DNA of 64,000 bases, from contig NC_092674.1 of NCBI RefSeq assembly GCF_964355755.1, positions 27,404,001 to 27,468,000 of the forward strand, written 5' to 3'. The position numbers were made by a program, and so were the translations under genes. Below, one piece after another: positions 36,646 through 50,463 of this stretch. The notes under the pieces were generated by a model. The model had not been told where the DNA came from. It ran no database searches and saw only the letters and a list, made by a program, of their open reading frames with translations. This DNA comes from Antedon mediterranea. Taxonomy: Eukaryota > Animalia > Echinodermata. Each line of letters begins with the position of its first letter. Within the stretch, counting starts at the first letter, position 1.

Positions 36646-37769
36646 ATAAATTGAACTATGCAATTAAAACTGTTGGAACTACAGTACATTTGTTCTAAAA
36701 CTAACACTAACACGACCATACACACACCTGCAGTCGCGTGCTCAGGTTAGACCAACATAGTGAGTATACACAATATATACAATACTGATTTCTACAGTAC
36801 ACAACAAGATGCACAAGTAGATCTTTAGATAAATAGATAAAATTACACGCTGTCGTAAATATTGCATTATCCTTTATCGATTTAATTTGTAATTCTATAA
36901 ATAGAACTCGAAGGTCACAACGAATATTCACAAGATAATTTACGAAGCTCTACGATTAATTAATGGATTATCAACGTAAACGTTCACAATCTAAAGAAAA
37001 ACAGGACGATAAATTATAGGAGTTACATTATTAATTATCTGTCTAAAGTAAACAAAGTATAGTTTATAGAATTTATTATATTTCCATTGTCTAAATAACA
37101 AGCACTGGTAGTTTTTATACTTTGATGTAATGCTACGGTACTCAAATGAAGATGTTCATGTTTCAGTGTTTTGGCCTAATAAGGATATCGAGATATAGCC
37201 TCAGCTATACGCGCGCGTACATTTTCTGGCAAAAATTCATGGCATCGTCGTTAAACACAGTGCGTTCCACTATTTTGTGCCATTTATTCCTGTCTTGGGC
37301 CGGGTTTGTCACAAGTGGACCTACAATGAATTAAGAAACATATTTTTAAGGTTTTTACATCAGTGACAAAATGATACGAACAATTTTCAACCGCGTTCAA
37401 ATGTTGATTTAAAAAAACGAGACGACTTTTGTACGCGCGAGTCATCATGATTGATATCATTTCTGTTGCGTATTAATCTGTATTGCTAGTAACTATATTT
37501 TGTTACCACAGTTGTTTATTAGCAAGTGGTTCAGAAGTACCTACTATATCGCAGTGAATATTGATTAGATTTAAGTAGCTAGTGCGTGTGCATATCCATA
37601 TTGACTATGCGGGGTCATACATGTAAATTAGCTACAAAATACATTGTTTCTGTTTTATTGTATCTAAAATAAAACAAAATAGAAAAATGTCCATCTGTTT
37701 AACTAATCTCTTACAAAAGAAATCGATACAACTGCAAGGTCATCGCCTGATCAACAAGATTGAAAGAAT

Positions 37770-38250
37770 TGGACGTAAATATTTGGTAAACTTAGAAATA
37801 CTAAAATATTCCCAACTGAAGTAAGAAAGAAATGAAAAATACATGGTGGAAAAGATTAAAACATTGATAATGGACGTAAACCCAAGGTAAATCTTACAAA
37901 AAACTATAAACACTGTACCATTATGAAATGAAGAAACATAAAATTAATTGATAAAAACATCACTTGGGTTGTAAAACAGACAATACTACATGACGATGAG
38001 GGTATTGTTGGTAAACATAAATTGAAGGTAGGCCCAAACTTAGAAATAGAATATTACTTATAAAAAACATGGGTTGTAAAAACTGAAAATACCCAAGATT
38101 TATATTTATTTTGACGACGTAAATCGAAGGTAACTAATATAAAATATACCTCACAAAAAATGAAATAAAGAAAAATAGAAAATATATCACAGACAGCAGA
38201 AAAAAAATATACATTATTGAACTACTCTAAGGTAAGCTTAGTGCATACCT
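37770..38250. repeat. Old, degenerate A-rich tandem repeat (~100-bp period)
   Basis: Recurrent (TG)GACGTAAA...GGTAA(A)CTTAG/A...AAATAC motifs. Confidence 0.45.
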
Positions 38251-38567
38251 CACTCCTAATTAAAAACATCTCAAAATATTTTTGATTCGGAAATAAAAAT
38301 ACATGGAAGATGTAAAATGTCATTTATGGTTTTAAATTAAAATAATATTACTAAATCTGACTTTATTAAGAATAAGAAATCAATAACATTATATTTTATC
38401 ACATGAATACATCATTTTAAGAGATGATGATAGATGCAAAATCTTGGATTTCATAATGAAGAAAACATTAATATTTTGAAACGATTGGAAAAGTTATCAG
38501 AAATGGTGACTATTGATAACACTGTTGATGCTAATCATAAACAGATCATTTTTTTTTATTACGTTAA

Positions 38568-38914
38568 AGATATATTGTCCCCTGCAAAAATAATTCTTAA
38601 TAATTTTTTTGTTGAATATGCAAATTTTAATGTCACATAATAGTTATTCACTTTCACTAAAAATTGGATCGAAAAAAAAATTTATTTGAAAAAAAACCAA
38701 TAAATTATACAGCAACAAAATTGAAGTCAAATTGACTGCCTGCAGCCAATGGATTTTTGGTAGATTTTAACCATTTATTTTGTCATTTTCTAAGTAAAAA
38801 CATTTTTTTTTTTCAGTTTTTTTCTAAAAGTAATTAACTTTATTAAAACTACAAAATTACCTATTCAAAGTCTGTTTTAATTCATTTTTCATGTTTTTGG
38901 GGGACAATACATCT
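38568..38914. mobile_element. MITE family G (TTAA TSD, AG termini; Kolobok-like)
   Basis: TTAA|AGATATATTGTCCCC...GGGGGACAATACATCT|TTAA; inverted relative to 63234-63578. Confidence 0.85.
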
Positions 38915-41717
38915 TTAAGGAAAAACAAAGATGTATCAACACAAAGAGTTTAAAAATCCACATGCCATTAAAAACAATAATACTTTATTATTATTATTAT
39001 GATAACGGTGAAGACTATTTACATTGGTTTGTGAATTCTTTCAAATGTTTAAAAAAACATACGAACGTTAGTTAAGTAGGTCTATTTAATTTATCAATTT
39101 ACTGACAACACATTATTTTTATCAGTATATTCGTTAAAATAATGTCAAACTATGATTGATTAAGGCTTTGCTTCGATGATACCTTCTTTACTCAACATAC
39201 TTTAATTATAATATCTAGGACTGTTTATTTAGCACATTTTGTGACTTGTAAATTCAGTAAAAGAAACATATTTGTAAAATAAATTGGAAGGTATAGTAAG
39301 AGACTTGCCGATTTACAACACGCGTGCGTCTGCATACGTGCTGAAGTAGGCATAGCTGTAATCAGTGTATGTTCGACACGACATGAAGAAGGAAACTAAG
39401 CGTTTTAATCAAACCTTGTATCTTGATGTATGAACCTGCATGCCTAGCACAAATTAATCAATAACTCCAAGGTACTTTTTGATCACCACGTGATAAGAGC
39501 TTCAATTAAAATAGCGCGCCAACAGTCACTGTATTCTTGCAGCGCCTTCTCCCCCAGTCTTGTAAATTAATCACGTGATAAGAACTACAATTAAAATAGC
39601 GCGCCGCCAACGGCATGTTTGTAACCCAGACAGGGCTATATCTTCTCTTAGGCGAAGTGAACAAGCGATTATGACTTTAGTTAGGCTCAAATGAACAGTA
39701 ATAATTAGTATTCGCTATGTGAAAATATCTGATGATTTTCTGTTTTGCGAAAAACATGTGTTTTAAGTCTTGCTGCACGTGTGAAATTTAGAAATCCCGC
39801 AGATGCAAAGGTCTCTTCAGACTCGAAAACTACAAATGTCTTATCCCGTGTTCATCACAACAATAGGCGCTTAAATTTGACAAATCATACAATGAAATAA
39901 AAGAGTATACATTCTTCATTGAAGTGTTCACAATTCTATTTATATCGTACAAATCTCCCAGAATGTCAAATGATATAATATGTTTTCATAAAATTAAAAA
40001 AAAACTTTCCAAGAGCCAATTGACTCACTACCTGCCTGACGAACAAACCTATAAGTACGAGAAAAAGAACACTTATCCACGTTTTCATCTCAAAATCTAC
40101 GTGGCGGCAATCGCAAAATGTGTTTTTGTGTTTTACACATAATTCCCATTTTAAAGGAAATATAATGTAATGCTATCGAGCACGTATGTATTACTATTTT
40201 ATCCTTATAAAGCTGTCGGAAGGTGTACAGATCTTAAAAATTCATCGTCTAATTTGTATTTTTCTATTGGATCAGAGTAGGTTCTTAACTCACTCTATGT
40301 AGAATTAGGCATAGATTAATTAGAAATAATTAAACTGAGTTTTAGCACCGGTTGTAAATTAATAATAACGAAACATCGTATAAAAACATAATTTGATATG
40401 CCTTGCAAGGAAATACAATAATGTTAGTGAAATATTAAATTAACAATACAGTATGTAAATCCTCAAGTTTAATTAAATAAGGTAAGGTGGATAAAATAAT
40501 ATTAATAAACATACATACGTTAATCTAAAAAAAGTAATATCTATATTACAAAACACATCACGCACGCATTCAAACACTGATAAGGATGACGTGGCGTTTT
40601 ACGCGCGCGTCCAAATTGATAATATGAAACGACTTTGGTAGGCCGCGTCAACTTCATGATGCTTCAATATGCACTATTTCGTCTATAAATAACAGTATAT
40701 TACTGTGTGTTAAGACTTTGTTTAAGTAGATTCTCTGACTTTTATACGTATGGCTTTCTGTTAGACGCTTGATAAATTGCTTGAGTTGGAAAATACTGCA
40801 TATTTATCAGACGTTTAAAGAGTATTGTGTTACTATAGTAGAGGGTATATACATATTAATGGTGCTATTATTTTTCTGAAAAAAATTACCATTGAAAACC
40901 CGATTAGAATATCGCGTTCATTAATGACCAACTTAATGTTAGATTATTAGTATATCGCCCTTCATTGACCTCATCAATGTGGTGTTTTTGTCGCAAGATG
41001 AGAAATGCACCAACAAAGGAAACGGCTTAATTGTCTAAAAATAACTAAAGTACCTGTATTTTAATATATTTTGCCTTATGGCGTGTTCTTCTGATTAAAT
41101 CATCCTGCAAATAGGATGTCTCAGTGTCTTTATTTACACCGTTCAACGTATAAAGTATGAAATACAGGTAAAGCAGCTTGCGCAGCGAAAGTATATCTTT
41201 GAACTAATATATGATACAAGAGATTGCCTCTGGTAGGCTTTGCCAACCGATCCTCCACATGTTGGTTAACATACGAGCAAACAATTAAAATCTAACTCAT
41301 ACCTACAGTAAAATGATTACTTTAAAAAATAATACATTAATTTCATGCAAAATACATCGCTGCCTCAAAACAAGGTATTTCCAAATCTTCTTAAATGCTC
41401 AACATTTGGCGTGGGCGTCTTCGAACGTTTACAATTGTAATTGCAATAACACCGTATATAAGTATAGTTACCATATTGAAACAAAAAAAGGCATCGAGAA
41501 GTGGTATTTTCCTGCCCATATAAATTACAAACTGTTAGATTAATGGCTATATCTATTAGAATAATGGATATCCTTTTTGAATACGTAGATAATAATTATA
41601 ATTATCGTTTGGCTGTTAACAAATGCTAATAATATTATAGCAATCTAAACTAACATATAATATTACACAATCAAATCAAAATGACAAATATTTTAAACAA
41701 AGTTAAACAACTGTGTA

Positions 41718-41748
41718 TACACACACACACACACACACACATATATAT
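41718..41748. repeat. (CA)n/(TA)n microsatellite
   Basis: TACACACACACACACACACACACATATATAT. Confidence 0.95.
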
Positions 41749-41880
41749 GTCTTATTGTTTAATAAATCAAGACGCAATCTCAATTTTTATAAATAAATTA
41801 TATCAACATTCTGACGTGTGTCAAAGCCACCTGAAATAGCATTATCTCAGTGGTGTTATTAGCAACCGTATTAACTATAA

Positions 41881-42068
41881 AGGCGAACTCAGACAGCGTC
41901 GTACGACAAACCGTCTTGTCAGGAGAATTAACATGTTTAAAGTTCTCTCGACGACCTAAAAACTACGACCGACGCTATTTCAAGTGCTGTCTCTTGAACC
42001 CAGACAGCACTTTTATGAGTCAAGACGTTTCGTCGGGCCTCGTCGTACGATGCTGTCCGAGTTGGGCT
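41881..42068. mobile_element. MITE family F (Harbinger-like, TWA TSD)
   Basis: TAA|AGGCGAACTCAGACAGCGTCGTACGA...TCGTACGATGCTGTCCGAGTTGGGCT|TTA. Confidence 0.82.
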
Positions 42069-43533
42069 TTAGGATGTAATTTAGCAGTCATGGAAGTATC
42101 TTTTTATCATAACCTTACAATTAGAAGAATTAAAAATGACACTTCGCTGTTACCACTAGACGAATTTATTCGCCCAAATCGAATATTTTCGTAGAAACAC
42201 ATTTACGATCGCCTTTTATTATTTTTTACTACAAGAACGAATAGCTATACGATTTCTATTCGGATCGCGTGGACTGACTGTTTGATTTGCATGAGAGCTC
42301 TTGATCGCGTGATAATTTCCTAAACTCTGATTGGTTGCACAACTTTCGATTCGCAAGAAGTATAAACCATTCAAAGTATTAATTTCTCTGAAACGAAAAT
42401 TCAATGAACTAATTCACCACAGAAAAATATTTAGAAGGAAATATGAAAACGCGCGTGTATGTCCGTTTTATGTAAAATTTGAATTCAAACATAATTTCAT
42501 TTACGTTCCATATTGCTATCCATAGATCGCCATAGTAACTAATTGAAAACTCACTGCATAGCTGCACGGCTGTGGTAAGATTATTGAATTGAATTTCCGG
42601 TGAATAGCAAACACTGATCCTTTTAATACGGAACCAATATATTTTTTATAATATATTTTTTTATTTTTTATAACAATAAACCAATAAACCGGTGACATTT
42701 TATGAGATATTAACTCAACAACAACAAAATTAAAAGTGTCACCTTTACTAGCATTATCTAAAAAAATGATGAATTGTAATTAAAAAACAACTCATGCAGT
42801 CATTTTAAACGACCATTTATCTTTCAAATAAATATTAATTTCCCGCGAATTTGTGAACTTTAAAAATCATCTTTTTGATGTCTGACTAATGACTTTATGG
42901 TTGGCGGGTTTGAAACAAAATAACAGAATATTCAAATACATTTAACCTGTGTGTTTTTGTACAACTCATTTTATTATAATCTCCTTAGGTTTTAAGTCCA
43001 TCAAAATAACATATGAGTTTTTTGAAAATGCGTGATTGATTACAATGACATTTTGTTGAAAGAATGCTAAAAAGCAACTTAATGGTATTAATGTTAGAAG
43101 TGAGTTGATGGGGAATTACTCTCTCGCCATAAGTCGCTACAAATGACTTTTACGATTTGTTTTCTTAGATAATCGTGTCCGATTACTGTTTTTAATAATG
43201 CGAATAAAAATCTTCAAACTATAAGAAACGAGAATGTTAGTATCACTTGATGGAAATCAAATTAAATTTATGTAAATAAATGTAAAATAATAATCGAATA
43301 AAAAAAGAAAAAGATTATGATTAATGATACAATGTTGTATTTCCTTCCGAATGATGCATGCACAGTTAATCATGGGCAGCATGTAAACGTACGAGGAGTT
43401 TTTACAATGAACGATTACGTAATTGGAATTCTTGTATAATTGATTACGAAGACAATTAATCTCCATCACAAAGCTCTACAAATCTACAATTCGACGAATA
43501 ACTGTTAAATGACAGTTTCAACTGTCTTAATTA

Positions 43534-43712
43534 AGCGTGGTTCCCACTAGCGACGCAACACAAGGACGTAACGCAACGCAAGTGAATTGACCAATCACAA
43601 GCGATGGCTTATTCGCTTGTGATTACTAACTGTCTATAACTTCGCTTGTCATTGGTTAAAACGCTTGCGTTGCGTTTACGTCCTTGCGTTACGTTCTAGT
43701 GGGAACCAAGCT
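43534..43712. mobile_element. MITE family B, 179 bp, young copy
   Basis: TTA|AGCGTGGTTCCCACTAG...CTAGTGGGAACCAAGCT|TAA; near-identical to 13044-13222. Confidence 0.92.
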
Positions 43713-43814
43713 TAAATTTCGAATTGTAAAACTTAATTTAATTAATGTCGAATTGAAATGCAACAGTGCAACAATAACCACCGTGCTTGTGGGTCGACCG
43801 AATGGATGATAATA

Positions 43815-44017
43815 GAGTTGATGGCTTGGTGATTATGATGCTTGGCTACCACTCCAAGAGTCCTGGGTTCAAGTCCCGTTACACGTCAGAACAAAATTAC
43901 AACTCCACTCCAAAACATTTTGTTTATGTAAAGCATCTTGTGTATATGTTTGTCTTGTCAACCTCTTAGGGTCCCTAATGATCAGCAATTGCTGGATGGA
44001 TCACCCTCATTAAATAT
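43815..44017 (+). mobile_element. tRNA-derived SINE, copy 1
   Basis: A-box TGGCTTGGTGATT, anticodon-like stem CTTGG/CCAAG, B-box GGGTTCAAGTCCC, non-tRNA body ending GGATGGATCACCCTCATTAAATA. Confidence 0.8.
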
Positions 44018-44165
44018 GTTTTTTTTTAAATAACGGAGCTTTTAATTTGCGGCGACGACGACCGACTACGTTACATTCGTTGTAGGAATGCGAGGATAGG
44101 CATTGCTTCATTTCCCCTCACCTCAACACAGTTTTGATGGTTAGATAACGAACCACTACACATCC

Positions 44166-44378
44166 CCTTGGTGGTTATGATGCTTGGCTACCACTCCAAG
44201 GGTCCTGGGTTCAAGTCCCGTCACATGTCAGGATTTTCTCTAAGGACCAAATTACTCCACTCCCAAAGACTTGTAATAAGACTTTGTTTATGTAGAGCAT
44301 CTTGTGTGTTTGTCTTGTGAACCTCTGAGGGTCCCTAATGATCAGCAATAGCTGGATGGATCACCCTCATTAAATATG
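44166..44378 (+). mobile_element. tRNA-derived SINE, copy 2
   Basis: Same head and body as 43815-44017, with ~25 nt of extra internal sequence. Confidence 0.8.
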
Positions 44379-45748
44379 GTTACAAAAAAAAAAAAGACTT
44401 AAGGTCGTCGTTCGTAAGCTTCCTAATACTACATTATCGTCTAAAAGGTTATAGCGATATGTCCTAATTTGTATACATTGATGCCGACATGCAGAAACGA
44501 AATAATTTCCATGTAATACGCCGAATTCGGGTATACCCGAATACACTGGCTTACTCGACCACATCCATTGGGAAATAACACCCCTATTCTGAAATATGTA
44601 GGCCTAATACCATAGTTTAGTTTATGATTATAGTTTTATTCTGTACAGCAAGCCAGACTATATTTACTTTTCACCAAATTTATCAACTTATGTTTTGTAT
44701 TTTGTGAGATTCACTCTCACCTTTATTTCCATTCTTCATTACAGCACTTAATCTCTAAACTTATAGTCAATATGTGCAGTGTGCAAACCCACTCATGACA
44801 GTGTGTACTTGATTACAATTAATGTCAACGTCATACACAGCTCAATAATTCACATAATCTTACACTTTCATTGTCATCGATTTATTTTCTAGACTTATAG
44901 CTCAAACAGCGAAATATTCCATTGCATTCAATATTCACATGTTTTTGTATAATGTTTATAAAGTTAGGGGGTTTGTTTATTAAACGCAGAAAAGCGGTAC
45001 GTATTTGTGAAATATATGGAAGGGGGGGGGGGGGGTTTCGGTATGGAGGAGGAGGAGGAGGATTCGATTCTTGGGTGGGGAAAGAGCCTGAGGAAACTCA
45101 TGAGTTTGCTTGTTACTGAAATACACGTACATTAAAACTAGATTATAAAACATCTGGTGAACAACAAATCAACATTCGTAATGAAAAAAAAACGGTTGCC
45201 AATTCTTATTCTACAGGGATAGGCCATTTCATGCCAAGCGACGGTAACATGCCCATCTATAAAACACTAGTCCCAAAACCTATATTAACAATTTTAAAAT
45301 ATAAATCTTTCACAAAAACAAACCACTTTGACGATAACATATTTTTATCTTTCACAAAACAATCCCCCATATGGAAAACTGTGTAGGCTGTGACAAGAAA
45401 CTGTGCAGCTGTTTATAGTCTCTAGACAAAATACCGAACACAAAAAAACTAACTATGATTGGTATGTTTATAATTCAATTTGTTGCTTTTATTTCACTTC
45501 ACTGCAGGTATGTGCTAAACACCATTAGTAATGTACTAAGCATTTCTCTACAAATCTCTTAAGAACTTTGGTTTCTGATCAATTCACATTATGTTCGCAT
45601 TATATTCTCATTATGTAGCATGATGACTATTTAAGTCCAGCAGACATTGTTATCATCAACATCGGTTTACCCAACTCACTCGTTTTTCAATGTTTGTGTT
45701 GTGCACATTTGTATATGCAACTTACTTTGAAGACCATTATCTATTGCT

Positions 45749-46495
45749 CTAAAGCTTGGTTCCCAGCAGAGACGCAACGCAATGACGTCATACAAAGCAA
45801 GAGATAGATTATTCGAACAGTCGCACGTTGTCATTGTTCTCTTGCGTTATACCCGCCTCCACCCTCTCTCTATCTCCATGTTTATCAGTATCTATTTTTC
45901 CTAAGGCTTGGTTCCCATCAGAGACGCAACGCAATGACGTAACACAACGCAAGAGATAGATTATTCGAACAGTCGCACGTTGTCATTGTTCTCTTGCGTT
46001 ACACCCGCCTCCACCCTCTCTCTATCTCCATAGTTTATCAGTATCTATTTTTCCTAAGGCTTGGTTCCCATCAGAGACGCAACGCAATGACGTAACACAA
46101 CGCAAGAGATAGATTATTCGAACAGTCGCACGTTGTCATTGTTTTCTTGCGTTACACCCGCCTCCACCCTCTCTCTATTTCCATAGTTTATCAGTATCTA
46201 TTTTTCCTAAGGCTTGGTTCTCACCAGAGACGCAACGCAATGACGTAATATACAAATTAAAAGATGGATTATTCGAACAGTCGCCTTTGTCATATGGTCG
46301 CTTGTGTTGCATCTCCCCATGACACCCCTCCCCCAACACCCTATCTATTTCTATATTTTATGTTTCAGTATCTATTTTCCTAAAGCAAAATAAAAGATGG
46401 ATTATTCGAACAATCTCTTTGTCTCATCGGTCACTTGACTTGCACCCGCACCCAACCCACTTTCCCCTTCCCTCCATCTCCATAGTGTATGTTTC
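45749..46495. repeat. 153-bp tandem array derived from a MITE B-type left end (~4.7 units)
   Basis: CTAA(A/G)GCTTGGTTCCCA.CAGAGACGCAACGCAATGACGT at 45749, 45901, 46054 and 46207; decays toward the right. Confidence 0.9.
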
Positions 46496-49218
46496 ACTAA
46501 GATTTGGCTTTCACAAATTCCGTCTGTTTTAAAAACAAAAAGATATTTTGCAACATTGATTCTTCTACATGTAACAGTGTGTAAATCAAACTCTATCTAT
46601 ACAAAGTCAAAGGGAACTATCGCTCTATACAGAAAATCTCATTTTCTTTTTACTCTCCCCTTCTAAGATTACTTTTTGCGGTGGTACCAATTAAATGAGA
46701 TGGTAATGTTGCTTCATGTAGTCTGGGTTCCAGACGGAGTTTTGACTCAATATTAGTAAAAAGATAAACATTTTGGCACATATGGCGTTTCATACGTATA
46801 CTAATTGAGCTTGTATTAAACGTAACGTCGACTGGTGGACTAACATAAAAAAGACAATAAATACAGACTTAAGGCAAGTCCAGTTATCATGTTGTATCTT
46901 CTGCCAACTCTAATTTACCCAGATATTTCCACCATTTGTGTCGACGTCAATTATAATAGCATGGTCTGAACCAATAATGCAGTAATCATATTCTGATCAT
47001 TAATTTAAGTCTAGGGGAATTATCTTTTTCACTAGGGTCTCATTTGAGGCATTTGAAGATGAATGCCTTACGTTGCCATGCAAGATTGATATGAATTAGT
47101 GCGCATAATCGATAACGACAAGATCAGAAGAATGTTTAGATTTTATTTTACGTCACACAATAGAAAGTATGTCACGTGTTTTGTTGCGGGCGTACGTTTC
47201 CCTGAGCGACGACGCATCGAATATATTATAATCAAGCTTAAGCCTATATAGAACATAAACGTCTTGAGAAACAAGTGTAAATGGATTTTAAACATTACGA
47301 AATTTCTTCGACTGAATGGCTTTAATTTATCAGGTGATATTCTGAAAGAACAGACTGCAAACGTGTTTGATATCCATTTGAATATCGCTAAATACCTACC
47401 CGTATCTTATCTGTTAAACGCGTACTGTTATATGCTTTTTAATGGATTTTATCGGAATTAGAGGGGAAAAGGGAACCAAATGATATGAAAACTAGAACGA
47501 GGTAGAATTAATAGCCCAAGTTCACTACACTGGTAATAATGCGTTACACTAATTTAAAACGCATTGACCGTATGCTTAATAGTGGGTGTTTTAAGCAGCA
47601 AACGCGTTCGTGGCCCGACATGCCATTTCGGACATGCCAACTAGGAAACGCGTTAATAAACGTGTTTGCGTTGTAAGTATGGAAGGCTCAGACGAAATCG
47701 AATCTTACTGTATAATTGCATTCATCTCACGAAATTCATAACTAATGTACATCTATTCCTACTTAAATAACATTCAATATTCATTTCTGATGTCTTAATC
47801 GAAAATATATTTCATGTAAAAATAAAATCCAGTACATATGATCCTGTGGGAACAAGTATTATCAGCTACGATCTACACGTACTATATTCACACACAATAA
47901 TGTTCTGCTTGGCTTATAAATTCATAAATTCAACGTACAAAATCATCTTCTTTTTCGCAATTATCATCGTCCTTCATCAGTTATTTATTTCGACTTGGCA
48001 AAATATTTCGTATACAATCATGATGGAAAAATTGATGCCGAAAGCCGACGGTGATCGGCGGAAATGTGATACGATAATGTCTATACCAAAGTTCTATATA
48101 ACTCATCGGCAATTCGCAATCAAAATATGTTGAGTGGCATCATTGATTAGTCTGGCAACACGATGATTTACGATTTAATTTATCAAGTATTACGGATTAA
48201 TACCTCTAGAGAAAACAAAACAATTAATAAATTAATACCAATGATTAAACTGTGTATAGTGAACCGCACGAACAGTGATCTACCTTCAATTTGATTTGTA
48301 ATATTTACTAGCGCACGAAGACATTCAACGTGCGCGTATAACGCTTGTTTCCACTCATCAAAGATGCGCAGCATAACACCAGTAGCACGCGACGCAAATA
48401 ATTCTACCAATCACAAGCGACCGATAATCCAAACTTTGGGTTGGAAAAAAAAAAGCGTTCCGCGTTGTATATTGCGTTACAACATAATAATGATGACGTA
48501 AATTAAATAAAAGCGTCAACTTTTTTCCGTTAAAAAAAATAGATACTTTTATATTGTATAAATAATAGTTATGATTACTATGTTTAACTTTACAGTTATA
48601 TTGCAATATAGTTTTACAGTATGCACATTCATTTTTAAAAACCATTAAATTATAATTTATGCTGCGAAATATGAGTAAACGAGCATTAATCTATTTCATC
48701 AATTTTAATCTTCCCATATAGCATGCGTTAGGCCTATATAATAAAATATTTTTTTGCAATTCGTTTCGTATTTTTTATTACAGTAAATTTGATTTAATGT
48801 TCAATTTTCGATTTTAAAACCATAAAATGTTTTAAGATATATTAACAGATAAATAAAATTTAAGATATTAGTGTTTATTTTTCATAATAATTTTTGATAT
48901 CGGTATTATTTTATTAGATGTAACTTTGTATATTAAACATATTGTTTTATTTTGGCAACATAAATAATTAGCAACATCTTCAATTACTTTAAAAACACCA
49001 ACTCGTTGAAAAACATTAATTCAGAACAGATTTCCAATATCCGGTTCTTCGTGAGATTTAAATGAAATTGGTATTATGTTACACGTTGGTGGCGCTGCAA
49101 ATCTTTTGATTTATACTCAGAAAATGAAACAAAGAGGACTCATCAACTGGACTATATGAATCGTGAAGCAACTGTGAATACAGTATTAACAATATTTATT
49201 TAAACCAAAGAAGAGTTA

Positions 49219-49355
49219 AGCTGTTTCCAGACTATCAAACTAGTTTGACAAAAAAAAAGTGATGTGCCCAAAGAACGTTATCATGTCCATATAATGGCAC
49301 ATCACATTTTGTTTATCACATACAGTTTGATAATAGTGTACAGATGACAGAGATT
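49219..49355. mobile_element. MITE family A copy (degenerate)
   Basis: AGCTGTTTCCAGACTATCAAACTAGTTTGAC...AGTTTGATAATAGTGTACAG. Confidence 0.75.
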
Positions 49356-50173
49356 TAGATAGTAATTTTTAATCACAACAAACCACGATGCAAGATATAA
49401 TATTTATGGAACCAACTGGGAAAATGATAGTTATTCATTTCTATACCATGTACTGAAGTTCGCAACGCCAACAAAAACAATAAAACAGATTTTCAAAATT
49501 ACTTCATTCTCTCTCTCTCCTCCATATGGAGCTTATTATTTGCTATAGTTATAAATATTTTCTATAAATAAACGTTATACATACTAATATATTATACAAC
49601 CGATACAGGGGACTATTTAACGGAAGTGTCAATCATGTACTATAATAACCGATTAATTTAAGTCTGGAATATAGAAAAGTGTCAAACTTGTGTTCAATAA
49701 TAATGCAATAATAGTGTCGAAGAAGTGAACTGTTCAGTTTTGACATACATACATCAACCGCAATTAGTCACTTTTATTTTCAAGTCGTGCCGCCGCGTAA
49801 CTATATACGCAGATTACGCGACTACGCAGCTATTGAGTCTAACAGTAATTATATGCATGTTGGCACGTTTATCAATGTACACGGAATGACGTTTCGACTC
49901 AACAGTGCGTAGTCGTGTGAAAACGAAAGTTCGCTATAATTAGTATTAGCACTTGGAGAAATCCTAAAAATAACTTAATGCAAACGGATTCTACCTGGGA
50001 TCTTAATATACATTTCCTCATCTTCTAATGTATGAATACAAATTACTGTAATATGAATACAGTGAATGCAATCACGCCAGAGACATTACAACTATAATGG
50101 AACCGTCTTCAACGTACTACGCCAAATACGATTTAAAAGAACCTTTTATAACTTAGCACTCTTGTATACTTTA

Positions 50174-50463
50174 ACCCTGTTTCCGCAGCCAAAAATGGAC
50201 AGATACAAATTAACCGATAATTAACGGATAAACTGTCTGTATGTCGAAACGGGGTTTGACAAATTCCACTCAAGAAAAAAATAACTATCTCATTCAAATC
50301 GGATAATTATCGGATAAATGCGATGATGTTTTACCTTTGACCTTAAGGACAAAATTGTTGCATTGTGGTTGGGTATCTGGTTGTTTGGTAATGACTGATC
50401 ATGCGCACTTTATTGGTTACGAAATCAACCGATAATTTTGTTTTGGCTGCCGAAACACGGCCT
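50174..50463. mobile_element. MITE family E (~290 bp)
   Basis: CCTGTTTCCGCAGCCAAAA ... TTTTGGCTGCCGAAACACGGCCT|TTA; internal repeated CCGATAATT motifs. Confidence 0.7.

Noticed and set aside
36289-36725. Repetitive ORFs (MVQSSFQ / FKWSNQV)n
   Set aside because: Translation of the 21-bp minisatellite.
43815-43890. Functional tRNA gene
   Set aside because: It has an 8-nt anticodon loop, a poor acceptor stem and continues into a shared non-tRNA body, so it is a SINE head; the same applies to 44166 and 62594.
44922-45119. Gly-rich ORF (GRGGGGFRYGGGGG)
   Set aside because: It comes from a poly-G run and (GGA)n microsatellite with no supported exon structure; at most a G-quadruplex-prone tract.
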